From IMG/VR virus record IMGVR_UViG_3300027986_000017, positions 1 through 41,962 of that record: a stretch of 41,962 nt of DNA. The stretch is one strand, 5' to 3'. Positions 17,790 through 26,146 of the stretch are shown one piece after another; the stretch's first letter is position 1, and each line of letters opens with the position of its first letter. The notes under the pieces are model-generated. The model saw nothing but the letters and a program-made list of their open reading frames with translations. It did no database searches and was not told where the DNA came from. Made by a program: the position numbers and the translations under genes. Source of the stretch: a virus. Its lineage: Duplodnaviria; Caudoviricetes.

Positions 17790-18385
17790 GAATGCTCGCC
17801 GGCAACTACCCGCAACCCAACGGCAGGACCACGCCGCCGCCCGAACGGTTCACGCTGGTCAACGGCCAGCCGCAGACGATCGCGCTCAAGTACTCAAGCG
17901 GCAAGCGCGTGACGTCGCGCATCCCCGGAGCCCCGGATCAGATCATGTACACGCTCGCCGACGGGCGCCGCGCCTACTTCGACCTGGCAGTCGCCCAGGA
18001 GATCGACTCGCTGCGCCTGGCGCCTGGCCAGCCGTTCACGATCGTCAAATACGGCCCCGGCCAGTGGGATGTACAATACGCTCATTCCTGCGAAGGAGCG
18101 GCCGCGCCGCCGAGTCCGCGAGCCCAGGCGCCGCGGCCGCAAGCTGAACCGGATTTACCTCCCCATCCCTGGCCGGCCGCCCCAGCGCCGGCGCCGCAGC
18201 GCATGAACGGCGCAGGCGAGGACGTGGCTCAGGTGATGGCGCGCTGCTACCAGAGCGCGATCGACATCGCCGCCGCCGCGCAGGAGGCCGCCAGGGGCAG
18301 GGGACTACACATCACCGCGAGCTTCGAGGACGTGCGCTGCATCGCCGCGACTTTGTGCATCAACGAGACGGGAGGCCGCAAGTGA
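17786..18385 (+). CDS. Hypothetical protein: beta N-domain, Pro-rich linker, helical C-domain
   Basis: GGAGG RBS; coupled operon. Confidence 0.7.
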   Translation: MRMLAGNYPQPNGRTTPPPERFTLVNGQPQTIALKYSSGKRVTSRIPGAPDQIMYTLADGRRAYFDLAVAQEIDSLRLAPGQPFTIVKYGPGQWDVQYAHSCEGAAAPPSPRAQAPRPQAEPDLPPHPWPAAPAPAPQRMNGAGEDVAQVMARCYQSAIDIAAAAQEAARGRGLHITASFEDVRCIAATLCINETGGRK

Positions 18386-18476
18386 AGAAGGTCCGCAAGG
18401 TCCCAGCTCGCGCGCTCGTCCTGATCTGCCGCGTCATCGCCGCGCGCGAAGCCGCGAAGAAACCGGAGCCGCGCAA

Positions 18477-18803
18477 ATGACTCCCGAAGTCCGCGCGATC
18501 GCCCAGGCGCTCGCCGACGCGATCGCGGACCACAAGGCTTCCACGCATAGCGTGGGCGGATGCGTGGAAAGGCGTGGAAACGCCGGTTTGCATCTGGCCG
18601 AAACCGTGGTAGACTCCTCTGGTGCGAGTGCGGAGCCGAGGCAGTTCGGCTCCGTACTTTGTACAAAATCCCCCCTTGAGAGGCGCCCTCTCAACCGCGC
18701 CGAGCTTGAATTCTCTCGAGAGATCACGCGCCGCCTGCGAGACTTCAACGCGTCGCGCTACTACGCGCGCCTCCGCATCGCCGAGCGCAGAGCCAAGCCG
18801 TGA
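18477..18803 (+). CDS. Hypothetical protein
   Basis: Coupled operon; a 32-aa ORF 18382-18480 (VKKVRKVPAR...) bridges the gap. Confidence 0.5.
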   Translation: MTPEVRAIAQALADAIADHKASTHSVGGCVERRGNAGLHLAETVVDSSGASAEPRQFGSVLCTKSPLERRPLNRAELEFSREITRRLRDFNASRYYARLRIAERRAKP

Positions 18804-19465
18804 AACCGGCGACTAAAAGAGCAGTGACACCTTCGAAGCCGATCACGGCCGCCATCTACGCGCGCGTTTCAACCGAGGACCAGAACAACGAGATGCAGCT
18901 CTCAGAGCTCCGCGCCTACGCGAAGCGCATGGGTTGGAGCTCGATCGAGTACACCGAGCAGGCCTCGAGCGTGAAGAAGCGCGCGCAGTTCGATCGACTG
19001 ATGGCCGACGCCAGGCTGAGGAAGGTCGACGTCGTCCTGGTGTGGAAGCTCGACCGCTTCGCGCGATCGATGCAGCAGCTCACCGCGAACATCCAGGCGC
19101 TCGACACCTTCGGCGTGCGTTTCATCGCGATCACGCAGAACATCGACACCGACCAGCGCAATCCGATGTCGCGCCTTGTGCTGCACATCATGGGCGCTTT
19201 CGCCGAATTCGAGCGCGCGCTGATCGTCGAGCGCGTGACCGCCGGCGTCAACCAGTACAGGAAGGATTTCGACGCCGGCAAGGTCGGGGAAGGGAAGCCG
19301 CGGCAGTCGCGATCGGGAAAGAACCTGCCGCCTCACCGGCCGCGCCGCGTGTTCGACCGCGATCGCGCCCGCAAGCTACGAGCCAAGGGCCTCACGTTCC
19401 GCGCGATCGCGAAGCAGCTGGGCGTCCCGCTCAACACCGTCGTGCGCGCGATTAAGCGAGGATAG
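18800..19465 (+). CDS. Small serine recombinase (resolvase/invertase family) with C-terminal HTH; start may be GTG 18824
   Basis: AAIYARVST catalytic motif, VWKLDRFARS, AFAEFERALIVER; HTH LTFRAIAKQLGVPLNTV. Confidence 0.93.
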   Translation: MKPATKRAVTPSKPITAAIYARVSTEDQNNEMQLSELRAYAKRMGWSSIEYTEQASSVKKRAQFDRLMADARLRKVDVVLVWKLDRFARSMQQLTANIQALDTFGVRFIAITQNIDTDQRNPMSRLVLHIMGAFAEFERALIVERVTAGVNQYRKDFDAGKVGEGKPRQSRSGKNLPPHRPRRVFDRDRARKLRAKGLTFRAIAKQLGVPLNTVVRAIKRG

Positions 19466-19764
19466 AGCGATGCCGGCCTCGTTCATTCGATACGAGCCCC
19501 GCAAAGGCGACATCGTGCTCGCTCAGCAGCGGCCGGGCTTCAACGTGTGGGGCGTCTACTGCGCGTATTGTGGCCTGCCGCGCAGCATCTCACAGACGGT
19601 CGGCTGGGGTTATCCGGTGCTCGATCGCGAGGGTTCCGCGCTGTTTCAGCGCCATCGGTGCGCTGGGTGCGGCTCTCCGATTTTTCGCCGCGTCGGTCAG
19701 TAGCGGCCGTTGTGAGTGATCGCGGGGTTGCAACCGTCGTGCGCGCGATTAAGCGAGGATAGAG
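19436..19764 (+). repeat. Perfect 32-bp direct repeat (19436-19467 and 19733-19764) duplicating the recombinase 3' end
   Basis: ACCGTCGTGCGCGCGATTAAGCGAGGATAGAG twice, each followed by (AGG)CGATGC. Confidence 0.95.
19470..19703 (+). CDS. 77-aa zinc-ribbon protein
   Basis: CAYCG...CAGCG; GAGG RBS supplied by the repeat. Confidence 0.65.
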   Translation: MPASFIRYEPRKGDIVLAQQRPGFNVWGVYCAYCGLPRSISQTVGWGYPVLDREGSALFQRHRCAGCGSPIFRRVGQ

Positions 19765-19769
19765 AGGCG

Positions 19770-19880
19770 ATGCGCGATGTGGTGAGGCTGTGGTGGCACT
19801 TCCTGAAGTTCCAAGCGAGGATGCTCTACCTGGACGTTTGGGGACTGCTCGCTGGGTATCCGAATCGGTTCTGGCCCTGA
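19770..19880 (+). CDS. 36-aa Trp-rich peptide (MRDVVRLWWHFLKFQARMLYLDVWGLLAGYPNRFWP)
   Basis: Manual translation; ATG follows the second repeat copy with GAGG RBS. Confidence 0.45.
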   Translation: MRDVVRLWWHFLKFQARMLYLDVWGLLAGYPNRFWP

Positions 19881-20009
19881 TCGTGGGCCTGTGCCGAAAG
19901 CCCTTTTCCAGCCCCTCTACGGACTCACGCAAATAAAGGACTTAGCCAGGCCCGTTTCCTAGCACCACATCCTGAAGGTATCGGCACAAAACCAGGGGGG
20001 AAAAGCACG

Positions 20010-20059
20010 AAAAAAGGGCAGAAACGGCCGGATTTTCGCGTTTTCGGCCATTCCTGCCC
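20010..20059 (-). terminator. Probable terminator of the leftward early operon
   Basis: GGGCAGAAACGGCCG...CGGCCATTCCTGCCC stem preceded by A6 (U-tract on the minus strand). Confidence 0.5.
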
Positions 20060-20146
20060 CGAGCCGTGCCTGTGCGAGGCCGGCCCTAAAAATCGCCCAC
20101 CCCGCGACGCAAGTCCACGCCAAACAGGGGGGGCGGAAACTTCACA

Positions 20147-20374
20147 TCACTCGTCGGGCACCCTCCCGTGGTGCGCAACGACTACCGCTCTGTTGAGTGC
20201 CTTGATGTCGTCGTCGGTGGCTTTGCGGAGCGTTACCCATTGGCCGTCGCCGGGATTTCGATAGAGGATCCAGCCGGCGGTCCAGTGCGCGGTATCGGGA
20301 TAGACATATTTCATCTGGCGCTTGCTCGCCTGGTCGTAAAACTCGAATCCTGGAACGTCGAAGTTGCCCATCAA
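20147..20374 (-). CDS. Hypothetical protein
   Basis: GAGGTG RBS; last gene of the packed minus-strand operon. Confidence 0.65.
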   Translation of the reverse strand: MMGNFDVPGFEFYDQASKRQMKYVYPDTAHWTAGWILYRNPGDGQWVTLRKATDDDIKALNRAVVVAHHGRVPDE

Positions 20375-20380
20375 TGCACC

Positions 20381-20665
20381 TCACTCAGCCTTCGCGCGCA
20401 CGTAGTAGGGATAGCGCGCCGTGCTGGGATAATCGCTCACGACCTTGAGCTGTTCGATCCAGTCTTGTTCATCTGTTTGCCCGATCACGGCAACCGTGCA
20501 GTCGACGCGGTCGCCGGTGGGATGCATGAGACCGCAGAAGACGTAGCCGATCGGAATCGGCGCGTAACTGCCGATCACGATGTAGCCGCGCGTATCCTGG
20601 ATGAGCTGCGCGATCTCGCAGATGTCTTCAGGGTTTCCTCCAGAATGAATGTGGGCGGAAGTCAA
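20381..20665 (-). CDS. Hypothetical protein
   Basis: TTGA overlap; GGAGG RBS. Confidence 0.6.
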   Translation of the reverse strand: MTSAHIHSGGNPEDICEIAQLIQDTRGYIVIGSYAPIPIGYVFCGLMHPTGDRVDCTVAVIGQTDEQDWIEQLKVVSDYPSTARYPYYVRAKAE

Positions 20666-20958
20666 TGCGCCGCCTCCCCGTTCGCGCGCGCCGCGATCGC
20701 TTTCGCCGGCGCCGCCGCGGGCGCGAGCTTCGGCAGGTCGCGCGATTCCGCCGGCACGTTGAAGAACGCGCCCTCAACGCCGCGGCCGTCGACCGCACGC
20801 ACCATGTCGACCTCAACCTTTGCGAGCTCGATCATCGTGCGAGCGACCTCGCTAACCGTGCGAGCGCGCGCCAGGTCCATCGGTTTGTCGGGATCCTTCA
20901 GCTGCTCGATCGTCTCGAACAGGTGATCCTTCAGATCTGCCAGCTTGTTCCTTGCCAT
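20662..20958 (-). CDS. Phage protein (NKLADLKDHLFETIEQL...ARTMIELAKVE), usually found next to HNH genes
   Basis: GAGGAGG RBS; recognisable N-terminal motif. Confidence 0.75.
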   Translation of the reverse strand: MARNKLADLKDHLFETIEQLKDPDKPMDLARARTVSEVARTMIELAKVEVDMVRAVDGRGVEGAFFNVPAESRDLPKLAPAAAPAKAIAARANGEAAH

Positions 20959-21637
20959 TCGTGAGCCTCCTCAGTTTGCGTTTTAAGACACCGTTCAGTT
21001 GGATTACCTCGGCGAGCTCGCGCGGCAGCCGGCCCCACATCCGGTTTCTACGCGCGTTTTCCGCCATTGTGATGAGCTCGAGATTTTCGATCGAGCAGTC
21101 GGAGCGATCGCGGCTTTTGAACACGACAATGTGACCGGCCGGGATCGGGCCGTGGTGGTGTTCCCAAATGCAGCGATGGAGTTGTGGCCATGCGTCTGTG
21201 TTCCCGTATCCGCAGGGTTCACCAGGCCGAGCCTCGCGGACTTTGATCCGCAGATAGCTGTCCGCGTCCGGCATGATCGTCCCGATTGGAACCCAGTTGC
21301 GAGCTGCGATCCCCTGCCGCACGCCTGGCTTGAACTGCGTCTCTTTCATCCGGCCAGCGTGCCAGCCGGGACGCCGCAGGCCCTTGTTTGCCGGGACGTG
21401 ACCCTTCGGAAATCGACCGACTTCCGTACCTGGTGCGGGATGCTGACCTTTGCGCAGCCAGCAGTAGGCACCGCGATCTTTTTCGAGACCCGATTTCTGA
21501 GCGGCATTGTAAATCGCAGCGACTGTTCGACCGAGCCGCGCGGCGACTTCCGGATTCGGGCGCGACGGGTAGATCTCTGCAAGCAGCTTCCAGTCGGCCT
21601 CGGTCCAGAAACGACGTGGCATTTTCGGCTTGCTCAC
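20852..21637 (-). CDS. HNH endonuclease (HNH_3-like) with N-terminal Myb/HTH-like region
   Basis: FPKGHVPANKG, HRCIWEHHHGPIPAGHIVVF...ENLELIT..EN..RN. Confidence 0.85.
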   Translation of the reverse strand: MSKPKMPRRFWTEADWKLLAEIYPSRPNPEVAARLGRTVAAIYNAAQKSGLEKDRGAYCWLRKGQHPAPGTEVGRFPKGHVPANKGLRRPGWHAGRMKETQFKPGVRQGIAARNWVPIGTIMPDADSYLRIKVREARPGEPCGYGNTDAWPQLHRCIWEHHHGPIPAGHIVVFKSRDRSDCSIENLELITMAENARRNRMWGRLPRELAEVIQLNGVLKRKLRRLTNGKEQAGRSEGSPVRDDRAAEGSRQTDGPGARSHG

Positions 21638-21813
21638 CCCTTACCTCCCGCGCGCTCGGCCGAGCGCTGCAGCTCGCGCTGTTCGCGGATCCGCGAGGCA
21701 CGCGCGGCGCGCTCGGCCCACCAGAGCAGCAGCGCGCAGGCGAGCGCGGCGCCGCAGACGACTACGAACGCGGCCGAGAATCCGAGGAGTCCAGCGACGA
21801 TGCGGTTTATCAT
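21634..21813 (-). CDS. Small membrane protein (MINRIVAGLLGF...)
   Basis: Hydrophobic N-terminus, Arg-rich tail, coupled overlaps. Confidence 0.55.
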   Translation of the reverse strand: MINRIVAGLLGFSAAFVVVCGAALACALLLWWAERAARASRIREQRELQRSAERAGGKG

Positions 21814-21977
21814 GACGCGGCCGCCTTTACCTTCGCCTGGGGAGGCGTCTTGACCACGCCGGAGGCCTCGCGCTCGATCCGCCAGTCCCGCCCGCACGCC
21901 GCGCAGGTGCCTTCAGCGGCGTGCGATTGGATCTGCACGCCGCAGACGCATTCGAATTTGTAGTGGCTCTCGTTCAT
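21810..21977 (-). CDS. 55-aa zinc-ribbon protein (MNESHYKFECVCG...CAACG)
   Basis: ATGA overlaps; paired Cys motifs. Confidence 0.6.
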   Translation of the reverse strand: MNESHYKFECVCGVQIQSHAAEGTCAACGRDWRIEREASGVVKTPPQAKVKAAAS

Positions 21978-22222
21978 ACCGAATCTCCAAGCCGCGGCGC
22001 CACGATCGCGGCGATGCAGTTGTCGACGTTCTCGCGCAGCGGGACGACGCCGCGCTCTTTGCCTTTGGCGAGCAGGTACTCGCAGCGGTGGACGTTCACG
22101 ACGGGCCCGCCGCGGACCAGACCGTATTTCGTCGCGCTGTCGAACAGCAGATAGGCCTCGGCCGCGTCGACCGCGGCCTGCCACTCAATCGGATTTTGCG
22201 GATCCTTGAAATCAACCGGCAT
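21974..22222 (-). CDS. Hypothetical protein (MPVDFKDPQ...)
   Basis: GGAGG RBS; coupled. Confidence 0.65.
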   Translation of the reverse strand: MPVDFKDPQNPIEWQAAVDAAEAYLLFDSATKYGLVRGGPVVNVHRCEYLLAKGKERGVVPLRENVDNCIAAIVAPRLGDSV

Positions 22223-22736
22223 GGTTCCCTCCAAACACTTTTTTGTAGGCAGACTTCATGGCGTCGAGCGCTTCGAGCTGAGGCTGAAGCTCAGCCATCG
22301 CATCGGCCAAAAGCGGGCGGCTCGCATCCTTACGCGTCGCGCGCGTTTCGTGGTGATGGAGCTTGTCGTAGTTCAGGTGGCACCACTGGCAGAGTGCCTT
22401 CAGGTTCTCGTCGCGATCGTCGCCGGAGACGTGGTTCAGGTGGGCGACGGTGAGCAGCACGAAGACGTCATGCGCGCGCCCCTCTTTCCAGTAGGCGCGT
22501 TCGAAGGGTTTCGCGGGGAACGTCGCGCGATCGGAACAGCGGATCCAAAGCCGCGGCGAGGAGCGCCAGAACTGGACGAGCCGGCCGCCGACCGAGAGGC
22601 TCATCACGGTGACAGTCTTCTGGTGTGGTTTGCCGCACTGCTCGCACTTGTCGCCGGCGCGCGCGAGGATCCGCGGCCGCGTGACGTAGCGCCACTCTTT
22701 TCCGTACAGGTAGCGGAGCTCAGGCTTTATGGGCAT
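22212..22736 (-). CDS. HNH-family nuclease with zinc cysteines
   Basis: RAGDKCEQCG...LTVAHLNH...ENLKALCQWCHLNYD. Confidence 0.85.
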   Translation of the reverse strand: MPIKPELRYLYGKEWRYVTRPRILARAGDKCEQCGKPHQKTVTVMSLSVGGRLVQFWRSSPRLWIRCSDRATFPAKPFERAYWKEGRAHDVFVLLTVAHLNHVSGDDRDENLKALCQWCHLNYDKLHHHETRATRKDASRPLLADAMAELQPQLEALDAMKSAYKKVFGGNHAG

Positions 22737-22987
22737 GGCTGCTCCTCGATGCCGGCGATCTGGTGCCAGAACGCGCTTACGGGTCGCCATTCGCCCGGCT
22801 CTTTAACCTGCCAGCCGATGACGCCCCACAGCTTTACCTCGCCGACGCGAAAGGTGCCGCCGCGGGCCCAGTCCGCGATCGACTCGGCGTCTTTGAGCCG
22901 GACGACGTCGCCGGGCGCGACTTTGATCAGGTTGCCTTCGCCGCCGGCAGCCGGCTCTATCGCCGGACGGAGGGTTGCTTCGCTCAT
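22727..22987 (-). CDS. Hypothetical protein (MSEATLRP...)
   Basis: GGAGG RBS; coupled. Confidence 0.55.
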   Translation of the reverse strand: MSEATLRPAIEPAAGGEGNLIKVAPGDVVRLKDAESIADWARGGTFRVGEVKLWGVIGWQVKEPGEWRPVSAFWHQIAGIEEQPCP

Positions 22988-23217
22988 ACGCCCTCCGACT
23001 GCGCGCCAGCTGAATGCGCGGCAGACGCCAGCTGCTGGCCTTCGCGGGCGAGCCACAGGTCGGTGCGCGCTCGGAGCTCCATCGCCGTCTCGCGATCGTG
23101 GATCATGAAGTCCGCGACTTCCTGAGGAGTGCGGCCCGTGCGCTCACAGGTGCGCGCCATCGTCTGCAGGGCGCGGATGAAGGTGCGCTCGACCAGGCGC
23201 CATTCGCGGTTCGTCAT
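22984..23217 (-). CDS. Hypothetical protein (MTNREWRLVER...)
   Basis: ATGA overlaps. Confidence 0.55.
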   Translation of the reverse strand: MTNREWRLVERTFIRALQTMARTCERTGRTPQEVADFMIHDRETAMELRARTDLWLAREGQQLASAAHSAGAQSEGV

Positions 23218-23582
23218 ACGCCGGCTCCCTTCGCGAGCGCGGCCTTGATCCCTCGCTCGCCCATGGTGAAGTGCGGCTTCTGGCCGAAGGGCTCGCGCGC
23301 CACGGTTCGGGTGTGCCGATCGGGCCCGACAACGTGCCAGCGCTTCTTGAAGCCGATCTCCGGTAGCTCGATCAGCGAGCCGTCGTCGCAGGCCTCGAAC
23401 TGGAGCAGCCGCGGCGGCGCGTCCGGATCGAGATCGATGGTCTCGAAGCAACACAGCCGCGTCGTGTGGAAGCGGAACACCGCGGGCTTACCCTTCCATC
23501 CGCCTTCCAGATTTTCGGTTTGATCGTCGCGCCCGCGAACGAGCGTGACGAGCTCCCCTGGTTTCAGGTCCCAATGTTTCAT
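23214..23582 (-). CDS. Hypothetical protein (MKHWDLKPG...)
   Basis: AAGGA RBS; ATGA overlap. Confidence 0.6.
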   Translation of the reverse strand: MKHWDLKPGELVTLVRGRDDQTENLEGGWKGKPAVFRFHTTRLCCFETIDLDPDAPPRLLQFEACDDGSLIELPEIGFKKRWHVVGPDRHTRTVAREPFGQKPHFTMGERGIKAALAKGAGV

Positions 23583-24781
23583 GCGTGTTGTCCTTTCGTG
23601 AGTGAGTGGCCACATTCGGAGGCGAGCCGTGCGAGTGTGGCTCTCGCGTCGGCCTGAGACTTTTCGAGCACCGGAATCGCATCGGCCCAGTCGCGCGGGT
23701 CCGCGTCAAGCCAGGTCTGCGCCGCGCGGCGTTCCTTCTCGATTTCCTCGGCCGCGGCTTTTCGAGCAGCTGCCAGCGTTCCGCCTGTCGCAGCTTTCGG
23801 CAGCGCGGCAAGAAGGAGACCCACCGGGTTTTTCACTTGCCTCCGGTCGATCTGAGAAAGTTTTGCGATCGCCAGGTGCACCAGCTCGCGGGGTGTGATT
23901 GATCTTTCGACTTCCCGTGTCCGATCGAGAAGGCGGCGAGCGGCGTCGTCGTCGAGCTGCAGCCTGAGAGCTACGAGAGCAGAGTCGGCGTGTAGCTGTG
24001 ACGACGACGTCGCGTGTCTCTTGGTTGAGTCTAAGGTTGGGGCTGAAGGCAATAAGGATGCGCTGGTGTGTACACCATTCTGGACAGAGGCGGCGGCCAC
24101 TTTGTGCGAAGTGCCGTTGCCATTTTGTACAGACTTCGGCCCCTGCACGTGCCCGGTACCGTGTACAAAGTTCGGCTCGGTCGCGAGCTCGAGCTGGACC
24201 CACTGAAGATCCTGCCGGCGTTTTGGCAGATGCTTTTTTTCCTTGCATCCCACCTGGGCAAGCGTGGTATCCTGGACCCGCTCATCTATGGCTCTGAGAG
24301 CAGCAAGACCTTCGGCAAAGAACTTCGGGCGCCACTCGACGTATGCGTCGACGACGGCCTTCTTTTCCGGAGGGAGGCTCTTAATGAAGTCAAGCAGATA
24401 GGACGGAAAAATACCGTGTACAGAGTATTTTTCGTCCTCGCCGTCGACTGAGCCCGCGTTCGATTCGGGCACGTCTGCCCGGTACCACAGCCGCCCCTTC
24501 TGCGTTCGGATCCGGCCTTCCTCGACCAGCAGCGAGCAGACGTTCTTCGCGGTCTGCATGCTCCAGCCGAGATCCGCGGCCATGCTGTCGATCGTGAGAG
24601 CGCGGCCGGCCTCGTCGATCGCGCAGGGCGAATTGTTGCCGATCGACTTAAGCTTCACCCAGGCGAGCGCGCGCTCTGGCCCCTCGCCGTTGCGAAGCAG
24701 CCACAGCCAGTGGTCGCGTGACTCAGGCTCCCAGGATCCACTCTTCGATCCGCATGCCTTCATGAGCTCGGTCGGCTTCAT
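23579..24781 (-). CDS. Replication initiator (lambda O/DnaD-like), 400 aa from MKPTELMK
   Basis: wHTH (TIDSMAADLGWSMQTAKNVCSLLVEEGRI), central VHG/VQG/VQNG repeats, C-terminal VKNPVGLL. Confidence 0.7.
   Translation of the reverse strand: MKPTELMKACGSKSGSWEPESRDHWLWLLRNGEGPERALAWVKLKSIGNNSPCAIDEAGRALTIDSMAADLGWSMQTAKNVCSLLVEEGRIRTQKGRLWYRADVPESNAGSVDGEDEKYSVHGIFPSYLLDFIKSLPPEKKAVVDAYVEWRPKFFAEGLAALRAIDERVQDTTLAQVGCKEKKHLPKRRQDLQWVQLELATEPNFVHGTGHVQGPKSVQNGNGTSHKVAAASVQNGVHTSASLLPSAPTLDSTKRHATSSSQLHADSALVALRLQLDDDAARRLLDRTREVERSITPRELVHLAIAKLSQIDRRQVKNPVGLLLAALPKAATGGTLAAARKAAAEEIEKERRAAQTWLDADPRDWADAIPVLEKSQADARATLARLASECGHSLTKGQHA
24067..24425. repeat. Iteron-like TG(T/G)AC(A) repeats inside the initiator gene; putative origin
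   Basis: GTGTGTACAC, CATTCTGGACAGA, CATTTTGTACAGA, CCGTGTACAAA, CCGTGTACAGA. Confidence 0.6.
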
Positions 24782-24996
24782 CGCGCACCTCCATTCGCCG
24801 CCTGAAGGCGACGCTTGGCGAGCTCGCGCTGGGGATACTTCACCAGGTCGCGATCTTGGGTGGCGCCGCGCCAGACCGCCGGGCGGCGCTGCTGCTTCTC
24901 GTGCCGCGGGATCCGCAAGCGGTTGATCGCCGCGAGCAGGTTGCGCAGGTTGCGGAGTCTCATCCGAGCGGCGTGGATCTCGTGACCGTCTCTCAT
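24778..24996 (-). CDS. 72-aa Arg-rich hypothetical protein
   Basis: GGAGG RBS; ATGA overlap with the initiator. Confidence 0.6.
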   Translation of the reverse strand: MRDGHEIHAARMRLRNLRNLLAAINRLRIPRHEKQQRRPAVWRGATQDRDLVKYPQRELAKRRLQAANGGAR

Positions 24997-25035
24997 CGAT
25001 GCCACCTCCGAGCGGACACACGTCGGGCATTGGGT

Positions 25036-25191
25036 CTAGTACTCATGGGTTTTAGGCTCTTTCTGCGCGCGGAAACGCGCGGCTTTTCTTAGGGTTGGGG
25101 GAGGAATCGAAGCATCATCTGCTTCCGATAACGTATAGCGTGTCGCCTTTGCGCGCCAGCGTGCACCATCGTCGATGCTTTGAATTTTCAT
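25036..25191 (-). CDS. 51-aa basic peptide (MKIQSIDDGARWRAK...), first gene of the early operon
   Basis: Manual translation; GGAG RBS. Confidence 0.45.
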   Translation of the reverse strand: MKIQSIDDGARWRAKATRYTLSEADDASIPPPTLRKAARFRAQKEPKTHEY

Positions 25192-25283
25192 ACCGCTCCC
25201 GTCCTGCGGCCAGAAAGGTGGAGCAAACGGGATGCCCCACCCGCGTCTGGATTGGCGCGCCGGTTAATTACGCCGGCCACGGC

Positions 25284-25313
25284 AGAATACATCCGCTTTA
25301 GGCGAAAATGCAA
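25284..25313 (-). promoter_or_regulatory. sigma70 promoter TTGCAT-N18-TATTCT for the early/replication operon
   Basis: Close consensus match upstream of the minus-strand operon. Confidence 0.55.
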
Positions 25314-25517
25314 GCGAATTTTCGAGAGAGAGAGTACTACCACTGCACGCGATGAGGCCTTATGCTGCGCGCGTTGCGGCGCTGGTCGATGGTGATCTAA
25401 GCTGGTTCTGTCCGACACACCGATCGCCTTTCGTGAGCCGTGGGGCGCCGACATGTGACAGCGGCGCTCCACTCAAAAAACCTCTCCAGCATAATCGCGG
25501 ATTTTGCCGGCAGCAAC

Positions 25518-26057
25518 TCAGCGCAGGAGCTTCGTCGCCAGCTGATCGTGCAGCATGGCGAGCACGCGCACGCGATCGCCGGCCTCGAGAGGCTTCAGCT
25601 CGGCATCGAGAAACTGCGCGATGCGGCGCTCGATCGCGGGGAAGTCCGGCTGCAGCTCGAGCGCATGCTTGGAGCGCGCTTCCTTCAGCGCACGCACGGC
25701 CAGCGGCCGCAGGTCGTTCGCCCAGTGCCACGATTCAGACACCGCGCGGCCGAGCTCGCGCCATTCGTGTGTGGACCAATCGAGCCGCCAGAGGATGTAG
25801 AGCTGCTCGCGCCGGCGCCCGTTCTTCGTGCCTGGCAGATACTCGAGCACGATCGGAATCTCGGGGAAGTGATCGGCGGGCCGGAGCTGCGCGGGAGTCA
25901 GAAGCGAGCCGGGACGCAGCAGCTTTCCCTCGAAGCCGAAGCCGTGCTCCGCTTCCGGATCGACGAAGGAGAGGAGCTTGACGAAGGTGTCGCGCTCAGT
26001 GCGCGATGCGCTGCGCGGAAGCCGGATGCCGCCCCTGAGGATCTCCGATTGAGCCAC
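25518..26057 (-). CDS. Hypothetical protein
   Basis: Globular-looking 179-aa ORF; TACAAT -10 at 26079-26084 on the minus strand. Confidence 0.7.
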   Translation of the reverse strand: MAQSEILRGGIRLPRSASRTERDTFVKLLSFVDPEAEHGFGFEGKLLRPGSLLTPAQLRPADHFPEIPIVLEYLPGTKNGRRREQLYILWRLDWSTHEWRELGRAVSESWHWANDLRPLAVRALKEARSKHALELQPDFPAIERRIAQFLDAELKPLEAGDRVRVLAMLHDQLATKLLR

Positions 26058-26087
26058 GTCTGCAATCCTGGCTCATCGATTGTACGA

Positions 26088-26116
26088 TTGACAAGAAATT
26101 CCGGAAAGTACACACT
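26088..26116 (+). promoter_or_regulatory. sigma70 promoter TTGACA-N17-CACACT upstream of the sigma-factor operon
   Basis: Perfect -35 hexamer in an AT-rich divergent gap. Confidence 0.6.
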
Positions 26117-26146
26117 TGATTTCAACCGGGCAGTCGTAGCTTTTTT

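Noticed and set aside
19436-19764. CRISPR array
   Set aside because: Only two repeats, a 265-bp coding spacer and no cas genes
25441-25480. Hairpin TGGGGCGCCG...CGGCGCTCCA as an intrinsic terminator
   Set aside because: No U-tract follows the stem on either strand; function unsupported
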